From: Gillisia sp.
GTDB lineage: Bacteria > Bacteroidota > Bacteroidia > Flavobacteriales > Flavobacteriaceae
NCBI GenBank assembly: GCA_024635715.1
Contig: JAGXIK010000171.1
Coordinates: 1-48,084 of the forward strand
DNA length: 48,084 nt
Direction of reading: 5' to 3'
The translations under genes and the position numbers were made by a program. Below the pieces are notes generated by a model. That model searched no databases. It was given only the letters and a program-made list of their open reading frames with translations, and was not told where the DNA came from. Shown piece after piece: positions 47,808 to 48,084 of this stretch (position 1 is its first letter; each line of letters begins with the position of its first letter).

Positions 47808-48084
47808 TCAATTTTTAATATTAGATATGGATTCTCTATATTTTATTTCGGGTTTTAAAATAACTTGTTTAACCGTTCCTTCCTTTTTATTGAGGTTAGA
47901 TATCAGATTTTTCAATGCTATTTTACATATTGCTTCAACAGGTTGCGCGATACTGGTAATCGGTGTTGCTAAAAAATCAAGATACAAATGGTCATCAAAA
48001 GTTATTAGTGAAATATCTTGGGGAATTCGTATGTTTTCTTCTTTAAGGGCCTTTAGACAGCCCATTGCAATGGTGTTGCTCAAA
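47808..48084 (-). CDS. LacI-family regulator, C-terminal sugar-binding domain (partial at window edge)
   Basis: NTIAMGCLKAL...IPQDISLITFDD...ITSIAQP...IKYRES. Confidence 0.88.
   Translation of the reverse strand, partial: LSNTIAMGCLKALKEENIRIPQDISLITFDDHLYLDFLATPITSIAQPVEAICKIALKNLISNLNKKEGTVKQVILKPEIKYRESISNIKN

Overview
AT-rich Bacteroidota (Flavobacteriaceae-like) accessory region that reads as two related integrative elements in tandem, each starting at a DnaC/IstB-like ATPase gene (intact at 173-829, 5'-truncated copy at 33993-34301) and ending at a shared non-coding motif (33624-33679 and 45276-45332). Cargo 1 (1.2-33.5 kb) is a polysaccharide utilization locus (PUL): SusC/SusD, two FISUMP-domain lipoproteins, three paralogues of an unannotated domain with a GH12-like C-terminus, a GH63/GH37-like hydrolase, two esterases, a GH78 rhamnosidase and an SSS transporter. 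It is followed by a GntR regulator, an L-rhamnose catabolic operon (RhaEW, isomerase, kinase, an NCS1-family permease, a tandem class II aldolase, AldA) and LutABC lactate oxidation. Cargo 2 (34.4-45.1 kb) is a defence-type island: a candidate sRNA, a YeeA/MmeI-like methylase, RhuM, a phased repeat array, a YeeB helicase, a YeeC GIY-YIG nuclease, a catalytically dead integron-like tyrosine recombinase fused to a HEPN-like domain, and a DUF4209-like HEPN protein. The window ends with a cassette-like SLATT/CxxC gene pair, an IS30 remnant, an esterase and a partial LacI regulator. The strongest novelty candidates are the dead-integrase-HEPN plus HEPN pair, the triplicated GH12-like PUL domain, the anti-start-codon sRNA and the CxxC two-gene cassette. 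All family assignments come from motif recognition by eye, not database searches.
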